A stretch of DNA of 63,986 nucleotides, filler included, from Dimargaris cristalligena (taxonomy: Eukaryota), in assembly GCA_003614675.1 (NCBI GenBank). It is 3 parts of 3 records of this genome, joined end to end, with 100 filler letters (N's around TTAATTAATTAA, not from the genome) between each part and the next. Parts side by side here need not be neighbours in the genome. Positions count along the whole stretch, not along the records: positions 42,847 to 63,986 come from ML002670.1; 2 more parts are not named here. The stretch is one strand, 5' to 3'. Below, piece by piece: positions 61,801-63,986 of the stretch (position 1 is its first letter; every line of letters begins with the position of its first letter). The translations under genes and the position numbers were made by a program. The notes beneath the pieces were generated by a model. The model was not told the DNA's origin, made no database searches, and saw only the letters and a list, made by a program, of their open reading frames with translations.

Positions 61801-62047
61801 AGATTAGGATGTTATCATATTCCGACTTTGAGGGTGCAGAATACTAATGCTTAAGTGTATACGATTCCTATTCTCGCTTGCTGATTTTCACAGGTGCAAC
61901 CAAAACGAATACACCATCAAGTATCTTATATCTCTTGGTCGGAGAAACGCCCAGTTGGAAATTGAATCCGCCAAAGACGACGACCAGCATGCCGTTGGAT
62001 CGAATGGCACCGGGTTCATTAATTTAGACATGGAAGAAGAAGAATGA
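58822..62047 (+). CDS. PWP2: Periodic tryptophan protein 2 (UTP1), SSU processome UTP-B subunit; exons 58822-58839, 59047-59159, 59358-61730, 61894-62047
   Basis: MKTDFK|FANLCGSAYKKGNLLYTPDG..SPVGNRV; QLLVWEWQSETYVFKQQGH; DLVRYRNFRTFT; FSPTGRAWAAASTEGL; FDPFDLD; Utp12-type C-terminal domain. Confidence 0.97.
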
Positions 62048-63268
62048 TCAAGAAATCCTAATCTGACATTTCCCCGTTCAATCCTGCACGACGCTCCACA
62101 CTATTTCTCTCTTTTTGTATTCAGCCGGCCCACTTTCATATAATTTACATTGATTCATTACATACTGCTTGTATTCGGAGGTTTATTTGATTTTTTTGCA
62201 AACGGAAAGAGTTCGAGAGAGATACGGTGAAAGAGGGTGTACCCATTTATTAATATACTAAAAATAAAACTATGACTAAAATGAATTATTTTATAGGAAT
62301 CCCTGTGTTACTTCAACATGCGCGTTGGCTTTAAACAGGGGTGGCGGACTCGCATTTAAAACCGAGGGAAATTGTATCCGGCCTCCCTCCCCACGTGCCA
62401 AATTTACTTGATTCAGCTAAATTCAATGTTCAAGGGGCCAAAATGGCTTACTAATCGATCAGCATTTAATTCGCCGATTATTTATAGTCTAAAGATCATG
62501 GCTCTCGCGGAGTTGCTAGTCAGAAACAAAATGGCCAAGGATGACTACGATATTAGGTTAGGAAAAATATCGCCCCACCCGTAGGTATTCTCCCTTGGTT
62601 AGTCTAGTACCTAACCATATTGCCAATCAAGTATTATATAGTTATATACAGGCCCAATTGTCCCCTTTACTAATCACGCCACTATCACTCGATTAATAGT
62701 ACGCTATAGCCCCAAATAAGTAGTACCTTTAATGGTGAGGCCACCGACTAGAGACCCCAGAAATGGTAATGGCGATTGCATCCAGGGGAATAAAAAATAC
62801 ACAGGTAGACTCTAGGGCGGGGGGCGAATGATAATGATATATAAAGTAATGATAAAATACCGGGATTGATAACCAAGCGAGGCGTACCACACAAATTAGA
62901 AAATAAATAGAATGATGATGATAGGAATTTGATTAACAGATAGGCAAGGACGTACGAACGAAGGAAATAAACTAGATAATATGGGATACACACACATACA
63001 TACAAACATACGAATAAATAAGTGACTTAAAACAGCCGAAAAAACAATGAGCCTGGCCATAGCCATTGTAGGCCGAGACTAGAACATTTTCTGCTGGATA
63101 TTATCCCAAGACTGGGCGAGAGCAATTGCAATGTTTCAAGGAACTTGGCTGCGAGATTGGGCTACAATTTAAATGCTATTATACTAGTTAACTAGTTCAG
63201 GCTAGAATTGCGAGAAATAAATGAATATAAAAGGATGTAAAAATAAAGGAGGGAGCCATCTAAATGGA

Positions 63269-63986
63269 TCACTTGGATCGCGGGAACCCCGGAATGTCGA
63301 AGCTATCGTTGGCACCCCCGCCGTTGACATCAAACTGCTCACTTGTAAGGTCCGGGAAACTATCAAGCAAGCTACGCTCCTGTTCGATAATAGCGGCAGG
63401 TGCTGTGCCGACGTAGAGAAGTGAGTTACGGTTGTTGCGACCATGCTGGTCGCGCATAACCATGAGGGTTTTACGCTGGGCCGAATGCTGTTTGCGGAAT
63501 TGGTCAAAATCAATGTCATTAACGGGCCCATTCTCGGCCCCACTGTAACCATTGGGAGATGCGTCTTCTTCAATCAAGGCATCCAGATAGGACCCTGGGT
63601 GACGAACTTGGGCTGTGCCAACCGTAAACTCCTGCTGGCCCAGAGTCACGCGAGCAGCGGACATGATATTCGCCGAGCTAAGAGAGGCTGGCTGGTCATA
63701 CAGCGAATCGTCGCCTGGGGATCGGTGAGTAAATATAGCCGATTCGTCGTCAGGGTGCATAGTATTACCGCCCTGGGGTCCAAATGTATTATAGAGCTCG
63801 TTTTGACTCGCCTGGCCCATGAATCCCGAGTTAGTGCTGCCAATTGACATATGGGATTGGTGGTGGCCGGTGATGCTTTGCGAGGGAACGAACCCCCGAT
63901 TCGGGGGCATGAGCGGCTCGTCATTCGGATCGCCCGGATAACCCAGGAGGGTTCGATTGTGCAGAGTGGCCCGTTTCTGATCAGTA
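63269..63986 (-). CDS. 3' end of an unidentified protein; 5' end lies beyond the window
   Basis: The frame is open from the window edge (…ATLHNRTLLGYPGDPNDEPLMPPNRGF…) to TGA at 63269; composition is coding-like; no motif recognised. Confidence 0.65.
   Translation of the reverse strand, partial: TDQKRATLHNRTLLGYPGDPNDEPLMPPNRGFVPSQSITGHHQSHMSIGSTNSGFMGQASQNELYNTFGPQGGNTMHPDDESAIFTHRSPGDDSLYDQPASLSSANIMSAARVTLGQQEFTVGTAQVRHPGSYLDALIEEDASPNGYSGAENGPVNDIDFDQFRKQHSAQRKTLMVMRDQHGRNNRNSLLYVGTAPAAIIEQERSLLDSFPDLTSEQFDVNGGGANDSFDIPGFPRSK

Noticed and set aside
1..63986. tRNA, rRNA or snRNA genes, TPP riboswitch, U12-type introns, selenoprotein or TGA-CTA readthrough signals
   Set aside because: I looked by eye for the diagnostic motifs. 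ACTTACC hits are reverse-complement splice donors, GTATCCTT hits are antisense within exons, all resolved introns are GT-AG, and no in-frame TGA or TGA-CTA stop context was found. A covariance-model scan could still find something.

Overview
This is eukaryotic fungal DNA with GT-AG introns and CTAAC/CTAAT-type branch points. An early-diverging lineage such as Zoopagomycota or Mucoromycota is inferred from a metazoan-like EF-hand GPD2 and the presence of SMU1 and WBP4. The window is not one locus: it is three segments (1-21355, 21456-42746, 42847-63986; 21355, 21291 and 21140 bp, decreasing in length) joined by artificial 100-nt N44-TTAATTAATTAA-N44 linkers, so adjacency across the linkers is probably meaningless. 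Segment 1 holds a 3'-truncated Pro/Ser-rich gene (possibly a nuclear-basket nucleoporin), PPE1/PME-1, mitochondrial GPD2/GUT2, LUC7, COX23, a CaMKK-family kinase, an orphan ORF and the arsenite exporter ACR3. Segment 2 holds a glutathione S-transferase, a tandem pair of orphan paralogues, mitochondrial GluRS, a disordered protein with PP1-docking-like motifs and a large secreted orphan. Segment 3 holds SF3A1/PRP21, a WBP4-like zinc finger, RNase H2C, two paralogous ~80-aa secreted peptides, an ERG26-like dehydrogenase, SMU1, PWP2 and a 5'-truncated unknown gene. The best leads are: (i) a two-member secreted-peptide family with a conserved C-terminal helix; (ii) a tandem orphan protein family; (iii) a duplicated Yap/AP-1-like element upstream of ACR3 that recurs upstream of the unlinked GST, suggesting a shared detoxification regulon; (iv) the same 55-bp repeat ending two separate segments. 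No tRNA, rRNA, snRNA, CRISPR or intact transposon could be supported.
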